Shown here: one piece after another, positions 1-9,730 of the stretch | How the letters are laid out: each line of letters begins with the position of its first letter | How positions within the stretch are numbered: the first letter of the stretch is position 1 | Source of the DNA: Gemmatimonadota bacterium | GTDB lineage: Bacteria; Gemmatimonadota; Gemmatimonadetes; Palauibacterales; Palauibacteraceae | Assembly: GCA_035267645.1 (NCBI GenBank) | Contig: DATFLN010000044.1 | Coordinates: 72,879-136,878, forward strand | Length of the DNA stretch: 64,000 nucleotides | Direction of reading: 5' to 3' | Program-made: the position numbers and the translations under genes | Notes under the pieces: generated by a model | Told to the model about the DNA's origin: nothing | The model's database searches: none | Seen by the model: the letters and a program-made list of their open reading frames with translations, nothing else

Positions 1-136
1 ATTCTCAACTAGCGCGGAATATATGCGAGCCCCCGCCCCGCCACAACCGCGGCGGGAGCCGCCGGCCCGGTTCCGGAGCGTCGGACCCGGCTCCCGGGCG
101 CTGGCCCCGGTTCCCGCGGCACCCTACCATGCCGGC

Positions 137-514
137 ATGATCGTCGGGATCGGGATCGACCACTTGCGGGTGGAGCGGATGGCCGGCCTCCTCGAGCGAC
201 GCCCCGACGGGGCCCGCGACCGGCTGTTCACCGAGGGGGAGCGGGAGACCTGCGAGGGACGTGCCTCGCCCGCCGAGGGCTACGCCGCGCGCTTCGCCGC
301 GAAAGAGGCGTTCCTGAAGGCGCTCGGGACCGGCTGGTCCGGCGGGATCGGGTGGCACGAGGTCGAGGTCGTGACGGGCGCCAACGGCCGACCGCACCTC
401 CGCCTGTCCGGGACGGCGGCCGGGAGGCTCCGCGAGGCCGGAGGGCGGCGGGTCCACCTCAGCTTCACGCACGAGGGCGGAATGGCGGCCGCCGTGGTGG
501 TCATCGAGGGCTGA
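137..514 (+). CDS. acpS: holo-[acyl-carrier-protein] synthase
   Basis: In ORF 23..514 the conserved N-terminus MIVGIGIDHLRVERM begins at ATG 137. FAAKEAFLKALG motif present. Typical ~125 aa length. Confidence 0.85.
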   Translation: MIVGIGIDHLRVERMAGLLERRPDGARDRLFTEGERETCEGRASPAEGYAARFAAKEAFLKALGTGWSGGIGWHEVEVVTGANGRPHLRLSGTAAGRLREAGGRRVHLSFTHEGGMAAAVVVIEG

Positions 515-593
515 GCGGGCGGGTGGCGCCGCTCACCGGGCGGGGGGACCCGACCGGGCCTTCGGCGGACGCCGAGCGGACGCGTCGCGCCGG

Positions 594-1508
594 TCAGCCG
601 ACCTCGAGCGGCCTCGTCACGCCGACGAGCCTCTCCGCGAGCCGCTCGAGCCCTTTCGGGAGCTCCTCCAGGTCGTCCAGGCTGGCCGCGCCCCTCGCGG
701 CCGCGACGTGGACGATCCGCGTCCCGCCCGCGCACACGGCCACGTGCGTGACCTCGGTCCGCGACGCCCCGAAGAAGAGGAGGTCTCCGGGGCACCGCCC
801 GGCCGGGTCCTCCGCCGCCCCCGGCGCCTCGGGCCCGGCGGCCAGCTGGTCTCCGCTGTCCCGGGGGAGCGGGACCCCGTGCGCGGCGTACACCGCCTGC
901 ACCATCCCCGAGCAGTCGGCTCCCTCGGGCGTCCGCCCGCCCCACAGGTAGGGCGTGCCGAGCCAGCCGGTGGCCGTCCCCACCACGGCCGACCCCCGGA
1001 GCGGGTGGCGGGCCCGGAGCGCGACCGGGTCCGGGAGACGGGACGGGTCCCCGGGGAGGAGCGCCCGGCCGTCGGGGAGGCGGACGCGGCCGTCGTGCGC
1101 GGCGGCGGCGCGGGCTCCCCAGGGGAGGAAGCGCGGGGGCGGGGTGCCGAAGCGGGACACCGGGCCGGCGGCCGTGGGCGCCGGCGCGTCCCCCGCGTCC
1201 GGGGCGGTGTGCGCATGCCCCTCCTCCGGGCCCAGGAGCCGGGCCCCGAGCGAGAAGCGGTCGGCCGCGGCGCTCCACGCCTCCACCTCGCCTGGAGCGG
1301 CCGGGAGGAGGGCGCCGGCCAGGCACCATCCCTCGTAGCCGTCCGGTCCGCGGGCCCGGACCCAGCCCTCCTCTCGCCCGAGCATCTGCACGGCCTCCCC
1401 GCACAGCCACTGGGAGACCATCTCCGCCCGGTGAGCCGGAGCCGAGCGGACGGCCGTGCAGGCCACCCGCACCAGCGCGCCGCGCCCGGCCTCGCCTCCC
1501 CCGCTCAC
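594..1508 (-). CDS. NlpC/P60 (C40) cell-wall peptidase with N-terminal SH3-like region
   Basis: GTPYLWGGRTPEGADCSGMVQAVY (catalytic Cys context), THVAVC (His). N-terminal ...EMVSQWLCGEAVQML...DGYEGW resembles the SH3b leader of this family. Confidence 0.8.
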   Translation of the reverse strand: MSGGGEAGRGALVRVACTAVRSAPAHRAEMVSQWLCGEAVQMLGREEGWVRARGPDGYEGWCLAGALLPAAPGEVEAWSAAADRFSLGARLLGPEEGHAHTAPDAGDAPAPTAAGPVSRFGTPPPRFLPWGARAAAAHDGRVRLPDGRALLPGDPSRLPDPVALRARHPLRGSAVVGTATGWLGTPYLWGGRTPEGADCSGMVQAVYAAHGVPLPRDSGDQLAAGPEAPGAAEDPAGRCPGDLLFFGASRTEVTHVAVCAGGTRIVHVAAARGAASLDDLEELPKGLERLAERLVGVTRPLEVG

Positions 1509-1527
1509 CGCGCCCCCGTCCTCCGGC

Positions 1528-2055
1528 TCACGCCCCCTCTCCGCCGCGCAGCTCGCGCGCGAGCAGCCAATCCACGTCCTCGCCGCCCAGGGGCTCCCAG
1601 TCGAAGCCGATGAAGCCGTGCACGCGGCGGGGCCCGATGAAGCCGAAGACGGCGGGCCGCCGGCCGTAGAAGTAGAGGCCGATCTCGGCCGAGGTGGCGG
1701 GCGTGAGCCCGGAGCGGGGCATTCGCACGGCCAGGTGCCGCAGGGGGCGGCCGCCGTGGATGCGGCGGCGGCCGTCGAGCTCGACGCAGTAGCGGATCTC
1801 CGGCCCGAACGACAGCTCGCGGCGGTGCTCGTCGCCGAGGCGATCCCAGCGGCCCTCCCCGTCCAAGCTCACCCAGCGCTCCCGGGCCTCGGCGTAGCCC
1901 CGGAGGGCCCTGGCCGCGTGCCGGAGCTCGATGGCGCCGGGCGAGAGGTCGACGACCTCCCGGCCCACGAGCCTGGGCCCCTCCTCGACCGCCTCCAGGA
2001 GGAGCCAGGTGCGCGGGTAGCCGCGGCCCTCCACCTCGTGGATCCGGTCCGTCAC
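1528..2055 (-). CDS. hypothetical protein
   Basis: 175-aa ORF with a balanced, aromatic-containing composition (W/F/Y/I), unlike the R/P/G/A-rich alternative frames. No motif recognised. Confidence 0.45.
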   Translation of the reverse strand: MTDRIHEVEGRGYPRTWLLLEAVEEGPRLVGREVVDLSPGAIELRHAARALRGYAEARERWVSLDGEGRWDRLGDEHRRELSFGPEIRYCVELDGRRRIHGGRPLRHLAVRMPRSGLTPATSAEIGLYFYGRRPAVFGFIGPRRVHGFIGFDWEPLGGEDVDWLLARELRGGEGA

Positions 2056-2107
2056 GGCAGGCCGCCTCCCCCGGAGGCGGCCCTCCGGACCCCGTGCTCC
2101 CGTTCCA

Positions 2108-2458
2108 TCAGGTCCGGCCGTACCTGTCCTCGAGGCGGACGACGTCGTCCAGCTCGGGCGTGCTCACCTCGAGGATGACGGAGTCCTCGAGGGCCTCCAT
2201 CCGGTGGACGGTCTCCGGGGGGATCTCGATGACCTCGCCCGGCCGCCATTCGAACACGTCGCCTTCCAGCGTGAAGGTCATGCGGCCCGACTGGAGGAAG
2301 AGCGTCTCGTGCTTGATCCGGTGCTTCTGCAGGGAGAGGGTGTGCCCCGCCTCGACCTCGAGCACCTTGCCGGCGTAGCGGTCGGTGTGCGCGTACCACA
2401 CCTCCCTCCCCCACGGCTTGTCGACGATCTTCGGCTCTCTCGCCTTCCCTTCGGCCAC
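2108..2458 (-). CDS. cupin domain protein (mannose-6-phosphate isomerase type II-like small cupin)
   Basis: KPWGREVWYAH...GKVLEVEAGHTLSLQKHRIKHETLF...GEVIEIPPETVHR is the typical two-motif cupin pattern. Confidence 0.75.
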   Translation of the reverse strand: MAEGKAREPKIVDKPWGREVWYAHTDRYAGKVLEVEAGHTLSLQKHRIKHETLFLQSGRMTFTLEGDVFEWRPGEVIEIPPETVHRMEALEDSVILEVSTPELDDVVRLEDRYGRT

Positions 2459-2668
2459 CCTCGGTCCTCCCGCTCGTGCGTGCGCCCCGTCCCTCCACGA
2501 CGGTCCGGGCTTCGGTGCGGCCGGAGGGGAGCGCGTGGAGGGGCCTCGACGAGTCCGAAGAATAGGCGCGCGGGCGGGCTCCGGGCCAGTGTCGGGCGGC
2601 GCGCCGTGCCGGGACGCGGACGAAGCCGCGGGGCCGCGCTCGCGGGGGCTTCGCGGCGGGCGCGGTCG

Positions 2669-3472
2669 CTACTCGCCGGGTAGCGTCGGCAGCTCCAGCG
2701 CCTCCGCGAGCTCCCCGAGCCCGGCCTGCACGCGGCGCACGTTGCTCGGGCCCATGCGCAGGAGCTGCTTCTGGACGGGGTCGAGCCCCTCGAGCCGCGG
2801 GTCCGCGAACTCGTACTCGCTGGCGCCCCTGGGGACGAGCCGGACGGGCTCCTCGGGCACGGGCGCCCCCCGCAGCTCCTCCACCGCGCGGGCCATCTCC
2901 GCGTCGAACGAGCCCTCCCGGTAGCCCAGGTCGCGGTAGGCCTGCTGGAAGAGGGGCCGGAGCCGCCGGTAGATCCTCGCCGCGCCGCGGGTGTCCAGCG
3001 CCGCGAAGGTCTCCACGAGCGGGTCGTAGCGGCGATACGAGGCGGGGTCCACCACGAGGCTGTCGCCGCTCCCGCGCACCCGGAACTTCCCCTCGGGCTC
3101 CAGGAAGGCGAGCTCGGAGCGCGGCGTCCGGCCCAGCCCCACCGTGACGACGGCGCGGACGAAGCGGCGGACCAGGCTGTCGGTGGCGAGCCACTCCGCC
3201 AGCCGGGGATGGCTCGAGAGGCCCTCCACCCACGCGCGGACGAGGGAGTCGCTGGCGGCCAGCGGGGGAAGCGAGGCCGCGGAGTCCGTTCCCGCCGCGG
3301 AGCCGGCCGGGGCCGTCACCTCCCCGCCTCCGGCCGAGGCCGGCTCGGGGCCGGACCGGGACCGCAGCCACAGCCAGGCTCCCACTCCCACGAGCACGAG
3401 GACGATCGCGGCGACGATGGCGCCCCGGTACCGCTCTCCGGCCCCTCGGCGTCGTCTCGGGTCGTCGGGCAC
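2669..3472 (-). CDS. membrane-anchored protein, DUF3014-like (tentative family)
   Basis: N-terminal TM (AIVAAIVLVLVGVGAWLW). The C-terminal YEFADPRLEGLDPVQKQLLRMGPSN resembles DUF3014 as I remember it. Confidence 0.6.
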   Translation of the reverse strand: MPDDPRRRRGAGERYRGAIVAAIVLVLVGVGAWLWLRSRSGPEPASAGGGEVTAPAGSAAGTDSAASLPPLAASDSLVRAWVEGLSSHPRLAEWLATDSLVRRFVRAVVTVGLGRTPRSELAFLEPEGKFRVRGSGDSLVVDPASYRRYDPLVETFAALDTRGAARIYRRLRPLFQQAYRDLGYREGSFDAEMARAVEELRGAPVPEEPVRLVPRGASEYEFADPRLEGLDPVQKQLLRMGPSNVRRVQAGLGELAEALELPTLPGE

Positions 3473-3531
3473 GGCGGCTCCCCCCTGGTGACGTTCCTGC
3501 CGGCGGCGTTCCCGCTGCGGCGTCCGCCGCC

Positions 3532-3550
3532 ACCTTCCCCGTCCGGGAAG
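3532..3550 (-). terminator. 7-bp stem hairpin downstream of dnaE2 (weak terminator candidate)
   Basis: CCTTCCC-cgtcc-GGGAAGG lies 53 nt after the dnaE2 stop. No U-tract. Confidence 0.25.
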
Positions 3551-3602
3551 GCTGCTCGATGGTGGAACACGGGCGGGCGGCCCGGAGTTCCGTCCCGTCC
3601 TC

Positions 3603-6600
3603 CTACCGGTAGTCCCGGCTCGGGACCCGGGAGGCGCCGCACGCCGGGACCAGGGGCTCGACCGAGCGGAGGAGCACGTTCACCACGCCCTCCTCGGCCT
3701 CGACCACGCCCCGCGCCAGGAGGAGCGGGGAGCGAAGCTCGACCCGGAAGCGTTCGCGAACGTCCGGCATGGCGACGAAGTTCGCGAAGCCCGTCTCGTC
3801 CTCCAGCGTCATGAACATGACCCCCCGGGCCGTGCCCGGCCGCTGGCGGCAGATCGCGATCCCCGCCACCGCCACCTCCTCGCCGCCCTCGCGCTCCCGG
3901 AGCGCCGCGGCCGGGAGGACGCCGCGGGCGTCGAGCGCCGCCCGCAGGTGCTCCATCGGGTGGCCCTCGGGCGAGAGGCCGGTGGACCGGTAGTCCGCCG
4001 CGATCCGCTCCGGGCGCGTCATGGGCGCCAGCGGGCCGGAGGCCGGGCGCCGCCCCCCCTCCACGGGCGGCGGCTCCGGGGGACGCTCGGGAGGGCGCTC
4101 CGGAGACCGCTCCGGGCGGCGGGGCGCCAGGGGGCCCGCCTCGCCGCGCAGGCGCCGGAGGACCTCCCACAGCGCCGCGCGCCGGCCCGGCCACAGGGTG
4201 CGGAAGGCGCCCGCCTCGGCCAGGGCGCGGAGCTCCGACGGCCCGAGGCCGCTCCGCCGCACCACCTCCTCCACCGAGCCGAACGGCCCCTCCGCCCGCG
4301 CCGCCTCGAGCCGCTCGCGAGCCGCCGCCCCCAGGCCGCGCACCAGCCGCAGCCCGAGACGGAGGGCGGGCCCGTCGCCGGCCGGCGCGGCGCCGCCGAA
4401 GCCGGGCGCCTCGCCCTCCTCCAGGGTAGAGTCCCACGCCGAGCGCGCCAGGTCGAGGGGACGGACCTCGACCCCGTGGCGGCGGGCGTCGTGCACCAGG
4501 GTGGAGGGGCTGTAGAAGCCCATGGGCTGCGCGTTCAGGAGCGCGCAGTAGAACTCCGGCGGCGCGTGCAGCTTGAGCCAGGCCGAGGCGTAGACGAGGA
4601 GCGCGAAGCTGGCCGCGTGGCTCTCGGGGAAGCCGTAGCTGGCGAAGGCGGTGAGCTGCCGGAAGATCTTCTCGCGGACCTCCGGGGGGACTCCGTTCCG
4701 GGCGAGCCCCTCCTCGAGCTCCCGCCCCACCTCCCGCATGGCGCGCTCGGAGCGCTTGAAGCCCATGGCACGCCGGAGCCGGTCCGCCTGGGCCGGGGTG
4801 AAGCCCGCCAGCGCCACGGCCACCTTCATCCCCTGCTCCTGGAAGAGCGGCACCCCCAGCGTGCGCCCCAGGACGGGCTCGAGCCGCGGGTCCAGGTAGG
4901 TCACCGGCTCCTCGCCCCGCCGGCGCCGCAGGTAGGGGTGGACCATGTCCCCCTGGATCGGCCCGGGCCGGATGAGGGCCACCTCGATCACCAGGTCGTA
5001 GAACGAGCGGGGCTTCACCCGCGGGAGCGTGTTCATCTGGGCCCGGGACTCCACCTGGAAGACGCCCACCGTGTCGGCCTCGCACAGCATGTCGTAGACG
5101 GCGGGGTCCCCCTGCGGCACGCCCGCCAGGTCCAGGCTCCAGCCCCGCGTGCGGCGCACCGAGGCCAGCGCGTCGCCCAGCACGGTGAGCATCCCGAGGC
5201 CGAGGAGGTCGAGCTTGATGAGGCCGGCGTCCTCGAGGTCGTCCTTGTCCCACTGGATGACCGTCCTGTCCTCCATGGACGCCTCCTCGACCGGGACGAC
5301 CTCCCCCAGCGGCCGGTCCGAGAGGACGAAGCCGCCGACGTGGATGGAGCGGTGGCGGGGGAGGCGGTCCATGCCGCGCACGGCGCGGACCAGCGCCCGG
5401 GTGCGCCGCGCCGACGGGTCGAGCCCCGCCCGCTCCGCGCCGCCCTCCGCCAGCCGCGCGGCCGGGCACCGCGCGGAGCGTGGTCCGGCCGCCTCCCCCC
5501 GCTCCACCTCGGCCGAGAGGCGGTCGGCCACCTCCTGCGAGAAGCCCAGCACCCGGGCGGCGTCCCGCACGGCCAGCCGCCCCCGGTAGGTGATCGACTC
5601 GCACACCATGGCCGCCCGCTCGCGGCCCCAGCGCTTCCAGACGTACTGGAGCACCTCCTCGCGGTCGCGGTGGGCGATGTCGAGGTCGATGTCGGGCGCC
5701 TCGTCCCGCTCCTCCGAGAGGAAGCGCTCGAACAGGAGGTCCATGCCGACCGGGTCGACGGCCGTGATCCCCAGGCAGTAGCACACGGCCGAGTTGGCCG
5801 CCGACCCCCTCCCCTGCACGAGGATCCCCCTCCGCCGGGCGAAGCGGACGATGTCCCAGACGATGAGGAAGTAGTCGACGAGGCCGAGCCGCTCGATGAT
5901 CGCGAGCTCGTGCTCGAGCTGGCGCCGGTGCTCCTCCCCCGACCGCTCGCCGTACCGCTCCCGGGCCCCCTGCTCGGCCAGCGCCCGCAGGAAGGCCGCG
6001 GGGTCCCGTCCGCCGGGCGCCGGAAAGGAGGGGAGCCGTGGCTCGAGGTCGGCGATCCGGAAGGTGCAGCGGGCGGCCACCTCCGCGGTCCGGCGCAGGG
6101 CCTCGGGAGGCCACCGCGTCGCCATCTGCCGCGCCGACTTCAGGTACCATTCGCCGTTGGGGAGGAGGCGGTCACCCGCCTCGTCCAGGGTGACGTCGTG
6201 GCGGAGGCAGGTGAGCACGTCGTGGACGATCCGGTCCCCCGGCGCCGCGTAGCGGGGAGCGTTGGTCGGGACCCAGGGCACGCCCGCCTCCTCCGCGAAC
6301 CGGATCCAGCGGGCGCAGCGCCGGCCGTCCTCCGGGAGGCCGTGGTGCTCGAGGGCCACGAGGAGGTCGCCCCCCGGGAAGACTCGGCGGAGCACCTCCA
6401 CCTCCTCCTCCGTCCATCCCGTCCCCGCGCCCGCCCGGACCAGGCCCACCAGGCCCGCCGTCCGGCCGGAGAGGACGTCCGCGGGAGGACCGTCCAGCCG
6501 GGGCTCCCCCCGGGCGCGGCCGCAGCGCGCCCCGGTGACGAGAGAGGAGAGCGTCCCCCACCCCTCCCGGTCCCGGCACAGGAGAACCAGGGGACGGTCG

Positions 6601-6818
6601 GGGCGTCCGAACAGCTCCGCCCCGAGGACGGGGCGGACGCCGGCGTCCTCGCACGCCCGGGAGAAGCGCACCGCGCCCCCCACGTCGAAGACGTCGGCCA
6701 GGGCGAGGGCCGGCATGCCGAGGGCTCCCGCGCGCCCGGCCAGCGCCTCCGGGGTGGAGGCCCCGTCCAGGAGCGAGAAGGCCGAGCGCGCCGCGAGCTC
6801 CACGAAGGACGTCCCCAT
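3603..6818 (-). CDS. dnaE2: error-prone DNA polymerase III alpha-like subunit DnaE2
   Basis: 1071-aa ORF. PHP-type N-terminus FVELAARSAFSLLDGASTPEAL and a full pol III alpha core. Co-oriented with imuA/imuB. An alternative GTG start at 6803 is possible. Confidence 0.92.
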   Translation of the reverse strand: MGTSFVELAARSAFSLLDGASTPEALAGRAGALGMPALALADVFDVGGAVRFSRACEDAGVRPVLGAELFGRPDRPLVLLCRDREGWGTLSSLVTGARCGRARGEPRLDGPPADVLSGRTAGLVGLVRAGAGTGWTEEEVEVLRRVFPGGDLLVALEHHGLPEDGRRCARWIRFAEEAGVPWVPTNAPRYAAPGDRIVHDVLTCLRHDVTLDEAGDRLLPNGEWYLKSARQMATRWPPEALRRTAEVAARCTFRIADLEPRLPSFPAPGGRDPAAFLRALAEQGARERYGERSGEEHRRQLEHELAIIERLGLVDYFLIVWDIVRFARRRGILVQGRGSAANSAVCYCLGITAVDPVGMDLLFERFLSEERDEAPDIDLDIAHRDREEVLQYVWKRWGRERAAMVCESITYRGRLAVRDAARVLGFSQEVADRLSAEVERGEAAGPRSARCPAARLAEGGAERAGLDPSARRTRALVRAVRGMDRLPRHRSIHVGGFVLSDRPLGEVVPVEEASMEDRTVIQWDKDDLEDAGLIKLDLLGLGMLTVLGDALASVRRTRGWSLDLAGVPQGDPAVYDMLCEADTVGVFQVESRAQMNTLPRVKPRSFYDLVIEVALIRPGPIQGDMVHPYLRRRRGEEPVTYLDPRLEPVLGRTLGVPLFQEQGMKVAVALAGFTPAQADRLRRAMGFKRSERAMREVGRELEEGLARNGVPPEVREKIFRQLTAFASYGFPESHAASFALLVYASAWLKLHAPPEFYCALLNAQPMGFYSPSTLVHDARRHGVEVRPLDLARSAWDSTLEEGEAPGFGGAAPAGDGPALRLGLRLVRGLGAAARERLEAARAEGPFGSVEEVVRRSGLGPSELRALAEAGAFRTLWPGRRAALWEVLRRLRGEAGPLAPRRPERSPERPPERPPEPPPVEGGRRPASGPLAPMTRPERIAADYRSTGLSPEGHPMEHLRAALDARGVLPAAALREREGGEEVAVAGIAICRQRPGTARGVMFMTLEDETGFANFVAMPDVRERFRVELRSPLLLARGVVEAEEGVVNVLLRSVEPLVPACGASRVPSRDYR

Positions 6819-6838
6819 ACCGAACAGATACCGAAAGT
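6817..6838 (-). promoter_or_regulatory. tandem direct repeat TTCGGTAT-N3-TTCGGTAT (candidate SOS/LexA operator) abutting the dnaE2 start
   Basis: Plus strand reads ATACCGAACAGATACCGAAAGT, identical at 21/22 positions to 12239..12260 upstream of imuA. Confidence 0.55.
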
Positions 6839-6959
6839 CTGCGGGCGAGAAAAGGTCCGTATCGATCGGGGGGCGGGCGAGGGGCGGGCGCCGGCGGCGA
6901 GTCGGAGGCCCGCCGCGACCTCACGGGTCCGGGGTCAGCGCGACCTCACCCGCGGGGAA

Positions 6960-9074
6960 TCAGCGCGGCACGGCCAGCCACACGCCTCCGCCCACCTCCC
7001 CGAACGCGTCCCGGTCGGGCGGGGACTGGTAGCGGCCGAACAGGTCGATCCCCACCTGCCGGACGATCGGCGCGTGCACCCGGAGCGTGGCGTCGAACAG
7101 CCCCCCGGTCAGGGGGTCGGAGGCGCCCTGGGGGCCCTCCAGGTGGCCGTAGGTGAGCCTCGGCTCGATCCGCCAACCCGGGGCCGGCCGGATCCACGCG
7201 CCGAGTCCCAGGCGGAGGTCCTTCGCGGGGACCCGCTCGGAGGAGGTCGACGACCCGACCAGCTTCCCGTAGGAGACGCGAGGCAGGAGGCGCACGTAGC
7301 GGCCGGCCGGGATGCCCGCCCCGGCCTCGGCCACCCAGTCGTCCCGGTCGAAGAAGTGACCGAGGAGCCCGCTGGCGTGCACCGAGGGACGCAGGAAGGG
7401 GTCGGCCGACCCCTTCCCGAGGTAGACCGTCTGCTCGAGCCACCACATCGTCTGGACGGTCCCGCTCGGCGGGAGATTCCGGCGGCCGAACTCGGCCCGG
7501 GTCCGGAAGCGGTCGGAGGCGCCGTACGTCCCGCCGGCCCCCATCCACCAGCTCTCCACGTCGATCTGGCTTCGCACCAGCTCCGGGTGGTCCAGGTTCA
7601 GCGCGTTGTCGTATACGCCCCACAGCTCGAAGCGGGGGCTCGGGCGAATGTGGAGCGTCGCGCGCTGGGGGCCCCAGTCCCGCCGGGAACCGCCCCAGTG
7701 GAGCACGGTGCGGCCCTCCCACACCGAAGCCTCCACGTACGCGGGCCCGCGCCCCCCACCCATGCGCTCCAGCGCCGAGCGCGCGCGCTCCGCCCGGGCG
7801 CCGCCGGCCGCCAGCGCGCGGCCGTACGCCTCCCGGGCCTCCGAGGGCCGCCCCGCCGCCTCCAGGCTGCGGCCCAGCTCGAGCCACAGGCCCGTGCGGT
7901 CCGGGGCGGCGGCCAGGGCGGCCCGGAACCCGTCCGCCGCCTCCGCGGCGCGTCCCACGGCGAGGAGGGCCTCGGCCCGGCCCGCCAGAGCGTCCGGGCC
8001 CTCCGGACGCGCGGCCAGGACGCGCTCGTACAGGGCCAGGGCCTCCCGGGCATCGCCCGACTCCAGGAGCCGACCGGCGCTGTCCGCCAGGGCCGCGAGC
8101 GTGTCGCCCGCCGCGGCCGGACGAGCCGCCTCCGCGGGCGCCTCCGCCCCGGCCGCCAGGGCCACCGGCACGCCGGCGAGGCGGTTCCCGTCCACGAGCA
8201 CCTGCAGCGTGTCGCCGTCGCGGAGCGGCTCCGCCGGGACCCGGAGGACCGCCGTCCCGGACGAGTCCGAGTAAGAGCTCCACCGTCCTCCCCCGCCCTT
8301 CTGCGCCGGGAGGACGAGCGTCACGGAGGAGGAGGGCACGGCGTTGCCGAAGCTGTCGCTCACCGCGACCCGGACCCGGGCCGTGTCCGGGGCGGCGGGC
8401 CCGATCTCGAGGGCGCTCGGCCGCACGGCCGCCCGCGCCGGGGCGGCGGGGAGCACGGCCAGCGACAGCGAGTCCTCCCCGCTCACGCTCCGCTCTCCCC
8501 CGGCCACCCGCAGGTCGTAGTGGCCGGACGTCCGGCCCACGGGGAGGCGGAAGAGGGCCGTCCCGCCGCTGTCCGTGACGGCGGCCACGTCGCTCCCGGC
8601 GCCCCCCGGGAGGTCGCCGCTCCCCCGGACGACGAGGCTCACGCCGGGGACGGGGATCCCGCCGCGGTCCACGCGGGCCGCGAACACGACCAGCTCGCCG
8701 GCGCGGGCCACCAGGCTGTCCCGGGAGAGCTCGAGGCGGAGCGGGCCGGCGGCGGCCGTCTCGCCCTGGCCGGCCTGCGCTCCCGCCGGCGCGCGCTCCC
8801 GGCAGGCACGAATCGCATCGTCGAGGTCGGAGCCCGCGCCCAGCCGCCGGAAGTCCCCCACGTCGCCCGAGGTCGGCTCGAACGAGAGGCAGCGCGTCCG
8901 GACGAGCGCGGCCACGTCCGAGGGGGAGTAGGCCGGATCGACCAGGAGGCGGACGACGTCGCTCTTCGTGAGCGGCGCCGGCTGCTGGGCGCGCGCCCCG
9001 CGGGGCGTCGCGGCCAGGAGCAGGAGCGCGGCGGCCAGGGCGATCCCGGTCGGGAGCAGGCGGGCGCGTCTCAT
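6960..9074 (-). CDS. exported multidomain protein (signal peptide, Ig-like beta segments, TPR block, beta-rich C-terminal domain)
   Basis: Within ORF 6960..10202, ATG 9074 gives MRRARLLPTGIALAAALLLLAATPRGARAQ (signal peptide). The mid region has TPR-like repeats (ALALYERVLAARPEGPDALAGRAEALLAVGR...). The C-terminus has alternating beta-strand character. ATGA overlap with the upstream gene. Confidence 0.7.
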   Translation of the reverse strand: MRRARLLPTGIALAAALLLLAATPRGARAQQPAPLTKSDVVRLLVDPAYSPSDVAALVRTRCLSFEPTSGDVGDFRRLGAGSDLDDAIRACRERAPAGAQAGQGETAAAGPLRLELSRDSLVARAGELVVFAARVDRGGIPVPGVSLVVRGSGDLPGGAGSDVAAVTDSGGTALFRLPVGRTSGHYDLRVAGGERSVSGEDSLSLAVLPAAPARAAVRPSALEIGPAAPDTARVRVAVSDSFGNAVPSSSVTLVLPAQKGGGGRWSSYSDSSGTAVLRVPAEPLRDGDTLQVLVDGNRLAGVPVALAAGAEAPAEAARPAAAGDTLAALADSAGRLLESGDAREALALYERVLAARPEGPDALAGRAEALLAVGRAAEAADGFRAALAAAPDRTGLWLELGRSLEAAGRPSEAREAYGRALAAGGARAERARSALERMGGGRGPAYVEASVWEGRTVLHWGGSRRDWGPQRATLHIRPSPRFELWGVYDNALNLDHPELVRSQIDVESWWMGAGGTYGASDRFRTRAEFGRRNLPPSGTVQTMWWLEQTVYLGKGSADPFLRPSVHASGLLGHFFDRDDWVAEAGAGIPAGRYVRLLPRVSYGKLVGSSTSSERVPAKDLRLGLGAWIRPAPGWRIEPRLTYGHLEGPQGASDPLTGGLFDATLRVHAPIVRQVGIDLFGRYQSPPDRDAFGEVGGGVWLAVPR

Positions 9075-9730
9075 CGCGGCCTCGGACACTTCGTGGCCCC
9101 GAAGGCCCGGTCCACGCCGGAGGCCCGGCCGGCCAGGTCCCGGTAGCGCTCCATCCGGGTGGAGTCCAGCTCCGTGCCCGCGCTCCCCACCAGCTCGGAG
9201 AGCGCCACGAACGTGCTGTCGGCCCGCCGGTAGCCCACGGCCAGCTCCTCGCATCCGATGACGTCGTTCCCGAAGTCGCGCGAACGCACGGCGTAGCGGT
9301 CGAGCGCGGCAGTCAGGGCCTCGGAGCGCCGGTCGAAGAGCCGGGCCGCGCTGTCGGCCGGCGAGGCCGCCGCCGCTCCCGGGCCGTCGGCGCCGGGGGA
9401 GGTCCCGGCCGGGGCCGCTGCCGCGTCGCGGGTCCCGAGCCCGAGGCCGGCGCGCTCCCCTCCTCGCTCGCCCTCGCCGCTCCTCAGGAGGAAGAAGGCC
9501 GCCACGCACAGGACCACGATCACCGCTCCGCCGGCCAGGACCTTCCGGAGCCGGCCGCGCTCGAACGGCCCCACCGTCTCGGGCACCGGAAGGACCACCG
9601 GGAGCCGCGGGCCGGGAGCATCCGCCTCGTCGGAAGGCCGGGCGGAGAGATCGTCGGGCACGTAGAGGCGGAGCTCCTCCCGCGCCTTCCGGTCGTCGGC
9701 TTCGTTCTTCGCGTCGCGCGAGCTCTTCAT
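9071..9730 (-). CDS. single-pass membrane protein, hypothetical
   Basis: Charged N-terminus, one TM (GGAVIVVLCVAAFFLL), and a C-terminal domain with two Cys. Its stop overlaps the next start (ATGA at 9071..9074). Confidence 0.55.
   Translation of the reverse strand: MKSSRDAKNEADDRKAREELRLYVPDDLSARPSDEADAPGPRLPVVLPVPETVGPFERGRLRKVLAGGAVIVVLCVAAFFLLRSGEGERGGERAGLGLGTRDAAAAPAGTSPGADGPGAAAASPADSAARLFDRRSEALTAALDRYAVRSRDFGNDVIGCEELAVGYRRADSTFVALSELVGSAGTELDSTRMERYRDLAGRASGVDRAFGATKCPRPR

Noticed and set aside
6917-6948. Direct repeat GCGACCTCAC x2 just downstream of the exported TPR protein gene
   Set aside because: It is a short 10-nt GC-rich repeat with no partner elsewhere in the window and no clear hairpin, so it is compatible with chance.
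3948-9146. 1732-aa plus-strand ORF, the longest in the track
   Set aside because: It lies antisense to dnaE2 and the exported TPR protein. Its composition is almost only R, P, G, A, E and H, with no motifs. This is what stop-codon scarcity produces in very GC-rich DNA, whereas the opposite strand carries clear family signatures.
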